A DNA stretch of 64,000 nt from Macrostomum lignano. Taxonomy: Eukaryota. Of the stretch, positions 23,901 to 36,524 are shown in pieces. The stretch spans positions 74,462 to 138,461 of the forward strand of contig NIVC01002478.1 of assembly GCA_002269645.1 (NCBI GenBank), in the 5' to 3' direction. The position numbers and the translations under genes were made by a program. Within the stretch, counting starts at the first letter, position 1; every line of letters begins with the position of its first letter. The notes beneath the pieces were generated by a model, which searched no databases, was not told the origin of the DNA, and worked only from the letters and a program-made list of their open reading frames with translations.

Positions 23901-26900
23901 CTGTCGCTCCTGCCGGACGCCGCCGCCGGCAGCGGAGCGCAAACCAAGCTGGTTCGGCGCGGCCAGAACCCGGTGGTGTTCAAGGAGCGCTTCTTGTACA
24001 GCCTGGAGCCGCACCAGCTGGCGCAGAAGACTGTCCGAGTCCGCCTGCTGGCCGGCCAGAAGCAGCTGGGCGAGACGGAGGTTCGACTGGCCGACGTGGA
24101 CCTGCAGCGACCGCTGCGGCTGTGGCTGAACCTGCGCGAGCCCGACCAGGTGAGGCTCTTGAGTAGACGGACGGTAACTTATTATGAATACTATAACCGA
24201 GCACGCGCGCGCTCACACGGGGTGTACAGTGTCCCTGACTTCCAAATTGTCAGGCTTGGCCATTGTAGACTTTTTACCTTGAGGTTTGGCGCTCACAAAC
24301 TATTGTGGCCGGCCGCACGCGGAATCGAACCCGTGTCGCTGACCCCGTTTCGTTTCTTAGAAACATTTTACGCTGGCTATTTATGTTTCTTAGAAGCGAA
24401 GAGATAAGCTGCTTCATCATTCCCAGGATTCAACAACCAACTCTCTCAAACAAATTAAACCATTGCAGAAGCCGTCCGACCACGGCGAGCTGATGTTCTC
24501 GCTCAGCTACCTGCCCACCGCCGAGAGACTGACTGTGGTCATCGTCAAGGCCAAAAACCTCAAGTGGCCCAAGCCCGACCAAACTGTTGGAGGTGAGGCT
24601 ACCGGCCAGTTGCTCTGTCGTAGGCTAAAAAACAATCAATCTGTTCACAACTGAGAGCTAGAGAGCTTTTTCTGTCTAGGATTTTATTTATTTGTTACTA
24701 TTAATCCCTTCATCCGATTATCTCACAGTCTTAGAATCCTATCCTCGTTCAAAATCAATCTACAAGGTTACTTTCCTTAGAGAACATTCTCATCATTAAA
24801 TTTTCATCCCACCCCCGAATCCCACCCCTGAATCCCACCCTCTGAATCCCACCCTCTGAATCCCACCCTCTGAATCCCAGCCCCTGAATCCCACCCCCTG
24901 AATCCCACCCTCTGAATCCCACCCTCTGAATCCCATCCCCTGAATCCCACCCCCTGAATCCCACCCCTGAATCCCACCCCTGAATCCCACCCCTGAATCC
25001 CACTCTCTGAATCCCACCCCCTGAATCCCACCCCCTGAATCCCACCCCCTGAATCCCACCCCTGAATCCCACTCTCTGAATCCCACCCCTGAATCCCACC
25101 CCCTGAATCCCACCCCCTGAATCCCACCCCCTGAATCCCATCCTCTGAGAATCCCATTCTCTGAGAATCCCATCCTCTTAGAGGAATCCCATCCTCTGAA
25201 AATCCCATCGTCTTAGAGGAATCCCATCATTTGAGACTCCCATTCTCTTCGTAGGATACCATCATGCAAAGCTGCAAAGTACAAAGCTTGAAAAAAAGCA
25301 ATTTGAACACTCATCAGTCAGGCAACATTATAAAGGCTGACAGACTGACAGACGGGCAGGCCAGCCCAGCCGGGAGACCCTCAGATGGGGCCAGTAGAGA
25401 TGATGGATGATTTTAGCTGTGCTCAGCGGCAGGCCCAAGTGAAGTACATTGCGACTTACAGACGATGCGGATTAGCAGAGGCAAACACAAGTGAAGATCG
25501 GTATGGGCATTTTTCATAATCGCTCCAGTTCAGCAGGTTAGGCGCACAGCTCAACAGTCTCCAAAAAGCCGGGTCGCTCATTTTCCTTTTAGAAGAAGCA
25601 GAGAGAAAAAAGAGGAAAGAGTAGGAGAGATCGATTTGCTGCTTTACAGGGGCTGCAGAAAGTGGTGAAGTGAAATCCGCCATAGTAAAATTGATTGCAA
25701 GGCAGGGGAAAAAGAAATCTGAGAGTTGCTGGGAAATCCGAGACTGCTCATTACCCCGGGACCGAGTTGAGTCGGACGGAAGTTGCTAAAAATGTTCCGC
25801 GCAGACTCTCCGCAGCTGGCGGCCGGGCCAGTTTTATGCCTACGGGGCGGGTGTGGGGGAATTTCATGCCTGCTCCGATCCTTAACAATTTTCTTTGCGC
25901 TGCGCGATCTTTTTTCTCACGCGCTTATAGGGAGTCATTCGCCTCCGGCAAAATCCCTCGGTTATTTTTCTTTCCAAGCTTCCTCAATTTCCTCACGAGA
26001 CTTCAATTGGAAACTTGTCCTTTAATGTAATGATCGCTGTGCAACCCTGTGCCACGCAATTCTCGCAGACGTACTAGTGAAGGTGCACCTGATTCAGAAC
26101 GGCAAACGCCTCGCCAAGAAGAAGACATCCGTGAAGAAGAACGAGAGCCAGCCAACCTACAATGAGGCCATGATATTCAACGTGTCCCAGACTAGTCTGT
26201 CTGTAAGTTTGCAATTCGGATATTGATGTAACCGCCCTTGTCGCCCGTCCGCTCCGCGTGGAGGCGAACGCATGACCAGAGGGGGCAATGACGTAGGCTG
26301 CCTATGACCTGGCCCAGTTTCGACGGCTCTGCTCAGGAGGTGCACGGAGATCGGAGGTCACTTTTGAAAAATTTCCCTTGCCATATCCCGCGACCAGAGC
26401 GTGGTTACATCAATATAAAGTTTTTGTGTGTTCATTGTACATTGGCTAGCGTGCATGCCGAGGCTGAGTAAAACTCTAACTGAATCTCCTGCGCGCACAT
26501 TGAAACAAAAACGTAGTGGAGTGGGCGTTCTAGGGAAGTCTATTATAGCCTAGCTAATTTCCTTTCCCTCTTCTCTCATTGGCTGGCGTGCAAGCCGTGG
26601 CTGACTAACTGTAAAATCTCTTTACCCTTTAACACCCACCTCACTCCGCCGTTGGTTTTAATGTACATGCAGTTGTTAGTCAGTCCATACCCTCATTTTC
26701 TTGCCCATCTATTCTCCCATTGGCCGGCGTGCAAGCCAGTTGAGAACTAAAACTTTTCTACCCTTGAACGTTCACACCTAACCCCTCAGGCTGTGCAGCT
26801 GCGCATAACCGTAGCCGAGATTCGCCATGACGGTCGCCTAGCTAGCATTGGTCACGTGATTATTGGCTCGCAGACTGGCGGAACGGAGCTAACTCACTGG

Positions 26901-26963
26901 CAGCAGATGGTCACTTCGCTGCGCAAGCCAGTGGCCATGTGGCATCATCTGCGCAAGAAGTGA
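20980..26963 (+). CDS. SYT12: Synaptotagmin-12-like, 402 aa; exons 20980-21156, 22964-23081, 23668-24149, 24469-24592, 26069-26202, 26790-26963
   Basis: N-terminal TM helix; linker RAGSAESL...[10 protein letters not shown]; C2[27 protein letters not shown]...KKKTSVKK...NEAMIFNV...GHVIIG...[18 protein letters not shown], matching recalled SYT12. All introns GT-AG with consistent phases (1209 nt total). Confidence 0.9.
23185..23600. repeat. 30-bp minisatellite in SYT12 intron 2 (AGGAAAACTGAGCAGTGTACAATGAGGGAT)
   Basis: Direct periodicity. Confidence 0.95.
24805..25250. repeat. 14-15-bp minisatellite in SYT12 intron 4 (CTGAATCCCACCCC)
   Basis: Direct periodicity. Confidence 0.95.
26430..26750. 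repeat. Degenerate ~140-bp triplication containing CATTGGCTGGCGTGCAAGCC in SYT12 intron 5
   Basis: Motif recurs near 26440, 26578 and 26718. Confidence 0.55.
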
Positions 26964-28061
26964 AGATCCCTAGTATGAAGACGATTGGTATGCAAGATTA
27001 TACGCTCGACCGATTTTGATAGCACGCTGAGCAGACCTGAAGAATATTAAGGAATCTAAGAGCAGAAACGTAAAGCAACTATAGTAAGAGTACAAGAACG
27101 AGCTGTGAACAATTTTGTCAGAACATTACATTAGTCGTGTTTCCTTAAAAAATTGTCGTTACATATATTTCGTAACACTATAAGATAACTCTTGATATGC
27201 TTGTGTTCTTTCTATGCCAGTAGTGACGCTTATTTTTGTTTCTTGTGAGCACAAAATCCAATGAGCTTGCGAAAACGATAACAGGAAGGGTGACAACTTC
27301 TAATTATGAATTCGTGAAGCCCAGCTAACCTAAATTAGTCTTAATTATTTTTATCATAGTTCCGAAAATCCCGTTGTTTTTTGTTTCTTAGAATATGGCA
27401 GATAGAATTTGTTAATTCGCTTTCCAGAATATCAATGATGCATATTTTGTTTTATATTGGATCTATAGTTATACTACACTCTACTAAACTATTTTCTAGT
27501 TTTGTTAAACTTGTCCTTGTGTTTGTTAATCTGTTAATCTATTTATCAATGCATTCATCCACATCTACCTGTTTAAGTCTGTGTTCGTGTGCATTTATAT
27601 TTATACTCATAGAATATTATATAATTTATTCGGCGTTTATTATATTTTAACATATCCCTATAATGTAGGAACTAGAAAATCGATATATTTATATATATAC
27701 TCTATTCAGATGTTCAGATGTCGTGCTTCAAATTACGGACACGTGCACTTGTGTTTCGATCAAAGTTTAAAAAACAGAGCGTCATTGTCATACATGCGTT
27801 TAAGTGTTCAAAACAGCAAATATAAACTTTCGATTGTGTGGTGTCAAATCGTGGCCTTTTCTGCTTTTAGAATCATTTCATTACAGTCGTGTGTACCGCA
27901 CTAGGTGTGGGATGGGTTAGGGCTGAGTTATTGAAATCATTAGTGTAACAATATATCCATAGGAATAAAAAAAAACTATCTACGAGCGATACCAGATACC
28001 AGAGTGCTTCGTTTTGTTACACATAGTGACGCTGTGCTGCGCTGGCGGGACGCGCTGTGCT

Positions 28062-28500
28062 TGGGAGGGTTGGGGTGACGCTGTGCTTGGGAGGGTTGGG
28101 GTGACGCTGTGCTTGGGAGGGTTGGGGTGACGCTGTGCTTGGGGGGTTGGGGTGACGCTGTGGTTGGGGGGGGGGGTTGGGGTGACGTTGTGCTTGGGGG
28201 AGTTGGGGTGACGCTGTGCTTGGGGGGGGGGGTTGGGGTGACGCTGGGCTTGGGGAGGGTTGTGGGTGACGCTGTGGTTGGGGGGGGGGTTGGGGGTGAC
28301 GCTGTGCTTGGGGGAGGGGTTGGGGGTGACGCTGTGCTTGGGGGTGACGCCGTTCTTGGGGTTGGGGTGACGCTGTGCTTGAGGAGGGGGGTTGGGGTGA
28401 CGCTGTGCTTGGGGGTTGGGGGTGACGCTGTGCTTGGGGGGGGAGGTTGTTGGGTGACGCTGTGGTTGGGGGGGGGACGCTGTGCTTGGGGGGAGCCTGT
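28062..28500. repeat. G-rich ~26-bp minisatellite (TTGGGGTGACGCTGTGCTTGGGAGGG)
   Basis: Direct periodicity, with G-runs up to 9-10. Confidence 0.9.
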
Positions 28501-29039
28501 ACTGGGGGTGCTTCTGTGATGGAGGGATGACATTGTGCTGTGAAGGGGCGAAACTGTGCTGTTAATGCAATTTGAAAGCATCAATTCGCTTCATTTTTCA
28601 TTTCACATGGAATTATGAGTAAGTACTAAACCCATACTAAAGGAAAAATTAAATAAACTGAACAATCAAAAGGTTGTATCGCAGATCGGAGTGTTTCGGG
28701 TAATTTTGCTAAATAAGCAATGACAGACGGGCTCATCAATCAATCAATTAAAACTAAAGGAAAACAAAAATTGATATAAAGACAGCGCACACGCACACAC
28801 AGTAAGCGGTTTATTTTGTTAACAAATACGATACAACTGTTGTTACTTATTGTATGCAGCTTGAAGTTGAATCATCAATTAAATTAATCTGATAGACAGT
28901 AAGTCTGACGTGTCTGGAAACTAATAGCAGCAAAATGGCTTTACAGAACTGATAAAACGCTGCAGTATTGTATTAATTAGACGCAATAATTGGGACTTTC
29001 AGTAGCAGGGGTAAATATTTTCAGTCTTACCAGATTATT

Positions 29040-30325
29040 GACAACCGGAAGTTATCAACTATCAGATTATCGATAACCGGAAGCTATCAACTATCAGAGT
29101 ATTGACAACCGGAAGTTATCAACAATCAGATTATCGATAACCGGAAGCTATCAACTATCAGAGTATTGACAACCGGAAGTTATCAACTATCAGATTATCG
29201 ATAACCGGAAGCTATCAACTATCAGAGTATTGACAACCGGAAGTTATCAACAATCAGATTATCGATAACCGGAAGCTATCAACTATCAGAGTATTGACAA
29301 CCGGAAGTTATCAACTATCAGATTATCGATAACCGGAAGCTATCAACTATCAGAGTATTGACAACCGGAAGTTATCAACTATCAGATTATCGATAACCGG
29401 AAGCTATCAACTATCAGAGTATTGACAACCGGAAGTTATCAACTATCAGATTATCGATAACCGGAAGCTATCAACTATCAGAGTATTGACAACCGGAAGT
29501 TATCAACAATCAGATTATCGATAACCGGAAGCTATCAACTATCAGAGTATTGACAACCGGAAGTTATCAACTATCAGATTATCGATAACCGGAAGCTATC
29601 AACTATCAGAGTATTGACAATCGGAAGCTATTAACTACCAGTGACAATCGGAAGTTATCAACTACCATACAGTTACAACCGGAAGCTATTAACTATCAGA
29701 CAGTAACAACCGGAAGCTATTGGCTACCAGACAGTGAAAACCGGAAGCTATTGACTACCAGACAGTGACAACCAGAAGCTATTAACTATCGGACAGTGAA
29801 AACCGGAAGCTATTGACTACCAGACAGTGACAACTATAAGCCATTAACTATCAGACAGTGACAACCGGAAGTTATAACGTCCCAGATTATTGGCAACCGG
29901 AAGCTATCAACTAAGCTATCAAATATCAGAGTATTGACAACTGGAAGCTATCAACTATCAGATTATACGCTCGTACACAACCGGAAGCTATTAACTACCA
30001 TACAGTTACAACCGGAAGCTATTGACTTCCAGCCAGTGACAACCGGAAGTTATCGTTATCACCCGATTTGATGACTCATCAGATTATTGACAACCGGAAG
30101 CTATTAACTACCAGACAGTGACCGGAAGTTATCACCTAGCAGATTATTGACAACCGGAAGTTATCACCTACCAGATTATTGACAACCGGAAGTTATCACC
30201 TACCAGATTATTGAAAACCGGAAGTTATCACCTACCAGATTATTGACAACCGGAAGTTATCACCTACCAGATTATTGACAACCGGAAGTTATCACCTACC
30301 AGATTATTGACAACCGGAAGCTATC
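29040..30325. repeat. 32-bp minisatellite (GACAACCGGAAGTTATCAACTATCAGATTATC) with a 64-bp dimeric higher-order repeat and a degenerate distal half
   Basis: CCGGAAG at 29045, 29077, 29109...; alternating A/B monomers. Confidence 0.95.
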
Positions 30326-31149
30326 AATCCCAATCTATAGACAAAGGTAATAGAAAGCCAGTGAACTGTTGATCACGTTAAGGTTGAGTCCTACAACTTA
30401 GTGAGTGAATAAACAAATATCTGATACTGCAGATCAATGTTGACAAGCAGTAAAAAAACAAGCAAAGAAACATAAAAAAGCAGAGTTCATCAACTCAACA
30501 GGAGATGATGGAAGTTAAAAAAAAACACGATATCATGGAACAACATCGTTATCGTTTGTTTAAAAAAAGAAGCGGACAGAATCGAAAATTTGAAGCAACA
30601 GAAAATCAACAGCAGCGGAAAATTAAGTAATTCTTTATTTTATTCTAATATTATATGGTTTTTACGCAATATATATATATATATCGTAATGCATTTTTTC
30701 TAAATCGGTGCAAACACAACACAGTGAGATTAGCGGTATATAAAAACAAAAATGGTGTGCATTTTACAATCAGATCGACACCTATTAGTAGAGAAAAACG
30801 AGATAACTAATAAATAGGACTAAAAAATGAAAACAGCTAAATGAACTGACGTAAATCAAGAGACAGACAAATTTTTATTAAGTCAATTTCAATGTCTTGC
30901 AAGCAACAAGCCTAGAGATAAGCAACTGTCCATCAATGAGTCATTATTGATAGTACCAGTCACGAAACAGTAACAATATCAGACAGAGCAAAAGGACTCA
31001 AAAAAAGTTTTTTATTCATGGTAAGGGAGCCTACTGATAAGAGAAATATATAAGGAGGCTGGGGTGGGGAGATGAAGATTGACGGTGATATGGAGGGTGA
31101 GAAGGTTGTGCTGGACCTGGAGGCAGGGTGAGATAGTAGGGTGAGAGGA

Positions 31150-31810
31150 AGGGAACGTGAAATAAGAGATGCGATGGGAGTGTGACATGGAGGGTGAGAT
31201 GGAGGGTGAGATGAAGGGTGAGATAGTTAGTCATGGGTGAGATGGGGGCAGGATGAAATTTAGGTGAGATGGAAGGAGGATGAGATCGAGGGTGAGATGG
31301 AGGGTGAGATGGAAGGAGAGTGAGATAGAGGGTGAGATGGAAGGAGAGTGAGATAGAGGGTGAGATGGAAGGAGAGTGAGATAGAGGGTGAGATGGAAGG
31401 AGAGTGAGATAGAGGGTGAGATGGAAGGAGAGTGAGATAGAGGGTGAGATGGAAGGAGAGTGAGATAGAGGGTGAGATGGAAGGAGGGTGAGATAGAGGG
31501 TGAGATGGAAGGAGAGTGAGATAGAGGGTGAGATGGAAGGAGAGTGAGATAGAGGGTGAGATGGAAGGAGAGTGAGATAGAGGGTGAGATGGAAGGAGGG
31601 TGAGATAGAGGGTGAGATGGGGCAGGGTGAGATGGAGGGTGAGATGGAAGGAGGATGAGATCGAGGGTGAGATGGAAGGAGGGTGAGATAGAGGGTGAGA
31701 TGGGGGCAGGGTGAGATGGAGGGTGAGGTGGAAGGAGAGTGAGATAGAGGGCGAGATGGAAGGAGGGTGGATGGGGGTAGGGTGAAATGGAGGGTGAGAT
31801 GGAGAAGGTA
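31150..31810. repeat. Polypurine 28-bp minisatellite (GAGGGTGAGATGGAAGGAGAGTGAGATA) downstream of ZSWIM8
   Basis: Direct periodicity. Confidence 0.95.
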
Positions 31811-32091
31811 AAACGCGGAGGGTTGAGACTACGGAAGAATGAGAGAAAGAGATGGATAGAGATGGGTGCATCAGGAAGGAATTAGCAGAGAAACTAGCTA
31901 GCAGTATTGCAAACCAGTGAGCAAACTTCTCAGCCAATGCGCAACAACCAGATGTTTATATAGGTGAAAAAAGCAGAATTTCAATTCGACGTGACAACCA
32001 ACAAGCGGAGAGTATTAATGAAGTTTAAGCGGCCCACAAATGACGCACTTATAATCATGGTGACTAGAATGTGACTGAGCGGGCCAGAGAG

Positions 32092-35000
32092 TCACTGCAG
32101 GTGAATAGTCTGTACACCAGCCATGATTCGATTCCACAGGTCCTTCTTGCATTTCGGATGATTTTTAATGCTAGTTAGCAACTGCTGCCACTGCTGATTG
32201 GGATCGATTGGCGGGAAGTCTTCTTTAGCCCGATGGGCGCGCAGGATGTAGGAGACCAGATCGTCCCATTCGTTGGTGGTCAGGTGGTTTAGCCGGTAAT
32301 CGATGTACGAGTGGTATCTGCAACAGGCGGGGGAGTGACAGAGTGTTCTTTATGCGATGGCGTTTGACGGCGATTCTGAGTGGGCTTGAGGGCGATTCTG
32401 AGTGGGCTTGAGGGCGATTCTGAATGGGCTTGAGGGCGATTCTGAATGGGGTTTGAGGGCGATTCTGAATGGGTTTGAAGGCGATTCTGAATGGATTTGA
32501 GGGCGATTCTGAATGGGTTTGAAGGCGATTCTCAATGGGGTTTGAGGGCGATTCTAAGTGGGCTTGAGGGCGATTCTGAATGGGTTTGAGGGCGATTCTG
32601 AATGGGTTTGAGGGCGATTCTGAATGGGTTTGAAGGCGATTCTCAATGGGGTTTGAGGGCGATTCTAAGTGGGCTTGAGGGCGATTCTGAATGGGTTTGA
32701 GGGCGATTCTGAATGGGTTTGAGGGCGATTCTGAATGGGGCTTGAAGGCGATTCTGGATGGGGTTTGAGGGCGATTCTGAATGGGCTTGAAGGCGATTCT
32801 CAATGGGTTTGAGGGCGATTCTGGATGGGGTTTGAGAGCGATTCTGGATGGGTTTGAGGGCGATTCTGAATGGGTTTGAGGGCGATTCTGGATGGGGTTT
32901 GAGGGCGATTCTGGGTGGGGTTTGAGGGCGATTCTGAATGGGTTTGAGGGCGATTCTGGATGGGGTTTGAGGGCGATTCTGGATGGGGTTTGAGGGCGAT
33001 TCTGAATGGGGCTTGAAGGCGATTCTGGATGGGGTTTGAAGGCGATTCTGAATGGGTTTGAGGGCGATTCTGAATGGGGCTTAAAGGCGATTCTGGGTGG
33101 GTTTGAGGGCGATTCTGGGTGGGGTTTGAGGACGATTCTGGGTGGGGTTTGAGAGCGATTCTGGGTGGGTTTGAGGGCGATTCTGGGTGGGGTTTGAGGG
33201 CGATTCTGGGTGGGGTTTGAGGGCGATTCTGAATGGGGTCGAGGGCGATTCTGGATGGGGTTTGAGGGCGATTCTGGGTGGGGTTTGAGGGCGATTCTGG
33301 GTGGGGTTTGAGGGCGATTCTGAATGGGGTTTGAGGACGATTCTGGATGGGGTCGAGGGCGATTCTCAATGCAATCAGCCACTTACAGCTTGTGCAGCCG
33401 GTTAGTCAGCTTCACAATCTCAGACTGAGTAGAATGAGACGCCGGAGACGCTTGGGAATAAAGCGACACCTGGCGAATAATCTGCTCGAGCACGTCCGGC
33501 TTGTGGATGCAGCCAAGCACCAGGGTGCAATAATCCACTACAGCTTTATAGTCTAACCGCACAGCCACAGACAGGGCCCATTGCACCTCGCCGCCGTATT
33601 GATTGTTAGGCCCGAATCTGGAGTTATCCCGACTGCTACTACTGAACAATTGCGCATCGTTTCGACTAGTTGGCGGCTGATAGAATGCTTTCATTGCGCG
33701 CAGGGCGCAGTTGAATGCATTCTCTAAATATTGGCGAGTCTTGGTTGAAGCTTGCGGAGGTGTTGGTTGCTGCTGCTGCTGCTGTTGTTGTTGCTGTTGG
33801 TGAGTAGCGAAACGAGCTGCAACCTGATGATGCTGCTGCTGTTGGTAATGCTGATGCTGCTGATGGTGATGACCGTGCGGAGATGGCACGAAAGGGCCAA
33901 TGAGACCTGCAGGAGTCCAGTGCTGCTGCTGCTGTTGCGACTGACTCGAAGTCTGAGGCGGCGGCGGTGGCGGCGGCGTATTGGCGTAAAAGTGCGGCGG
34001 CGGCGGCGGCGGACGGGCAGGAGAATAGAACGCAGGCGGGGGCGGCGGATGGGAAGTCATGTGACCGAAGTGTGAAGCCGGGTAGCAACCAGGAGGCGGC
34101 GGGTAGAGAGGGCCGGGCATTGGAGCGAACTGCGCCGCAGACTGAGGCGGAAGCGGCTGCGGAGGCTGCTGCGGAGGCGCCTGCGGAGGCGGCCAAAAGA
34201 CGGAGGCGGCAGCGGCCGCTTGCGAAGTGATGATTGGAGCATCTGGCGGCATCCGAGCCGCTGACGGAACAGTCGATCGTTGAACTGGCTGGCTGGCCGG
34301 CGGCGCGGAGGACTCGTACAGTTCGTACCACTGCTTGGCGACCTGGGTGAGGGAGTAGGAGCGGCATTATCTTGGGTATAGTCTGCTGCTACTAGGGGAA
34401 CCGAGTGTGACGATGGGTCTGATGTGACAATATAGTCCTTCAGGGTGACAATATAGTCCTTCAAGGTGACAATATGGTCCTTCAGGGTGACAATATGGTC
34501 CTTCAGGGTGACGATAAGGTCCTTCAGAGCGACAATAAGGTCCTTCAGGGTGACAATATAGTCCTTCAGGGTGACGATAAGGTCCTTCAGAGCGACAATA
34601 AGGTCCTTCAGGGTGACAATATAGTCCTTCAGGGTGACAATATGGTCCTTCAGGGTGACAATATGGTCCTTCAGGGCGACAATATGGTCCTTCAGGGTGA
34701 CAATATAGTCCTTCAGGGTGACAACTGACAATATGGTCCTTCAGGACGACAACAAGGTCCTTCAGGGCGACAATAAGGTCCTTCAGGGCGACAATATGGT
34801 CCTTCAGGGTGACAATATGCTCGTTCAAGGAGACTAAATGGTCCTTCAGGGCGCCGATATAAGCCTTCAGGGGTGTCAATGTAGGTCTCTTGGTAGTGAA
34901 AACACAATTAAAATTAGATTAAATCTATTATAAACACAATGTTGAAGACAAGTCAGACCTGGAACAGCACAGTAGGATGCACTCCGCCTGCCATTTTCTT

Positions 35001-36481
35001 AGCGGACGCGTCAACCGCGTAGAGTCCCTTCTCCAGCACCTCCAGACTCTGATCCTTGCACTGGTCTAGGCAGCGGCGGATCTCCTGCGGATTTAGCGTG
35101 TGCGCCTCGTGCAGACAGTCGAGGCACAGTTGGGCGGCCACCGCGCAGATGCCCTGGTCCCGGTTGCGGGCCACCTTGTCGGCTGGATGAGATGACGAAT
35201 ATTGACGATGAGATGACAAACGTGCTAGTAATGGAATTTACATGTATTTGATTACACCTGCCCTAATTAGTCCAGATGTGCAACCGACAGCTCAGCCGCA
35301 GCTATTGCGCGGCGCATCTGAAGGCTGCGTACGGCTATTCAGTCCAAGGACTGGGGGTCGCCACACTCACCCTCAATTACCCCAGTAATGCTGGCACCCA
35401 TTTTACAGCTGGGTGAACTGAAGCAATGCTTAAGGACACAATTTTTTCCGAGTGGGTCGGGAATCGAACCCCCGACCTTTCAGTCGTGCTTGATGCGTTA
35501 ACCACTAGGCTTCAACCCCCATAGGTTAGGAATGATTTTAAAGTCTGGTGGCGATCTTCTAAGGTTAGGGAAGAATACTACCAAGAGCTTAGTGGCGATT
35601 TTCATGAGCTCAGGGGCGATACTCATGATATAAGGGCGAGTCTCAAAGCCTTAGAGGTGACTCAAGCTTAGTGGCAGTTCTTTTATCATTATCTTTTAAC
35701 GATTATCATAGTTTTCAGTTCAATATTGTGAATTTCATGATTTAGAATTGTCAAAACACAGTTCGTACATACATATAGATTATCTAAGGACAATATGTAC
35801 TTGTAAAACGCTAGAAGAAAGTGAAACTAACCAATAACGGCCACCTCAGGCGGTGTCAGGTGCTGTCTCCAGGTGACAAGCAGTATTGATAGAGCAGCTG
35901 TGCCAACTTCAGTCACCACATTCTGTATCCAGCTGACATGAGAAGAATAGGTCCTACTCTGCCAGGTGCTGTTAACGCAGTTGTACAGGCCCAGGGCGTA
36001 CAGTCCGACCTGAAAGGCGGCCAACTGCAGATAGCGATGCGGCCCATTGTTGCCCCCAGTCGGGTCCTGCTGGAACACTGGCGCTGATGCGGCGCTGCCG
36101 CCGGCTTTGTGCTGCAAAGTTTTCGCCAATTCGAACATGTGATGCGCCAGCGCCTCCGTTGGCTTGTTGGACTCGGCCGCGGCGGCTACCGCGGCTGCGA
36201 CTGCCGATGCTTGAGCTGACGGCGGCAACTGCCCGACAGTGTAGGGAGAGGACGACTTGGGAACTGGCGGCTGCGGCGGCGGCTGCTGATACTGGGGCCT
36301 GTGACATTTTGATGAGTTGAAATTTTGTACCATTTATACTACTAACTCCAAGTAGCTTGACAGTAACAATGTATCTAAATCTTGTTCTTGCACTGATGGC
36401 CGATGGGGGAATTACTGGTACTTGTAAAAAGCTTCAGTCAACAGTGTTTGTTTAATAACTTATTCAAATTCGCTATTCTAA

Positions 36482-36524
<43 letters not shown>

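Noticed and set aside
24290-24350. Isolated B-box GGTTCGATTCC on the minus strand in SYT12 intron 3
   Set aside because: No clear A box and no second copy in the window; possibly an old SINE but unsupported.
24593-24602. SYT12 intron 4 donor GTGAGGCTAC equals a 10-mer in the plus strand of the IGBP1 array
   Set aside because: Short match, on the antisense strand of IGBP1; compatible with chance.
32225-33382. 385-aa Pro-rich ORF on the ZSWIM8 strand
   Set aside because: It is intron 10 filled by a minisatellite and is out of frame with the true last exon.
34057-34731. Heptad coiled-coil ORF (VTLKDHI)n
   Set aside because: A 21-bp intronic repeat lying between valid ZSWIM8 splice sites.
35349-35520. 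tRNA gene (also 55618-55816)
   Set aside because: A/B boxes are present, but there is no acceptor stem closure and a shared non-tRNA body follows, i.e. a SINE.
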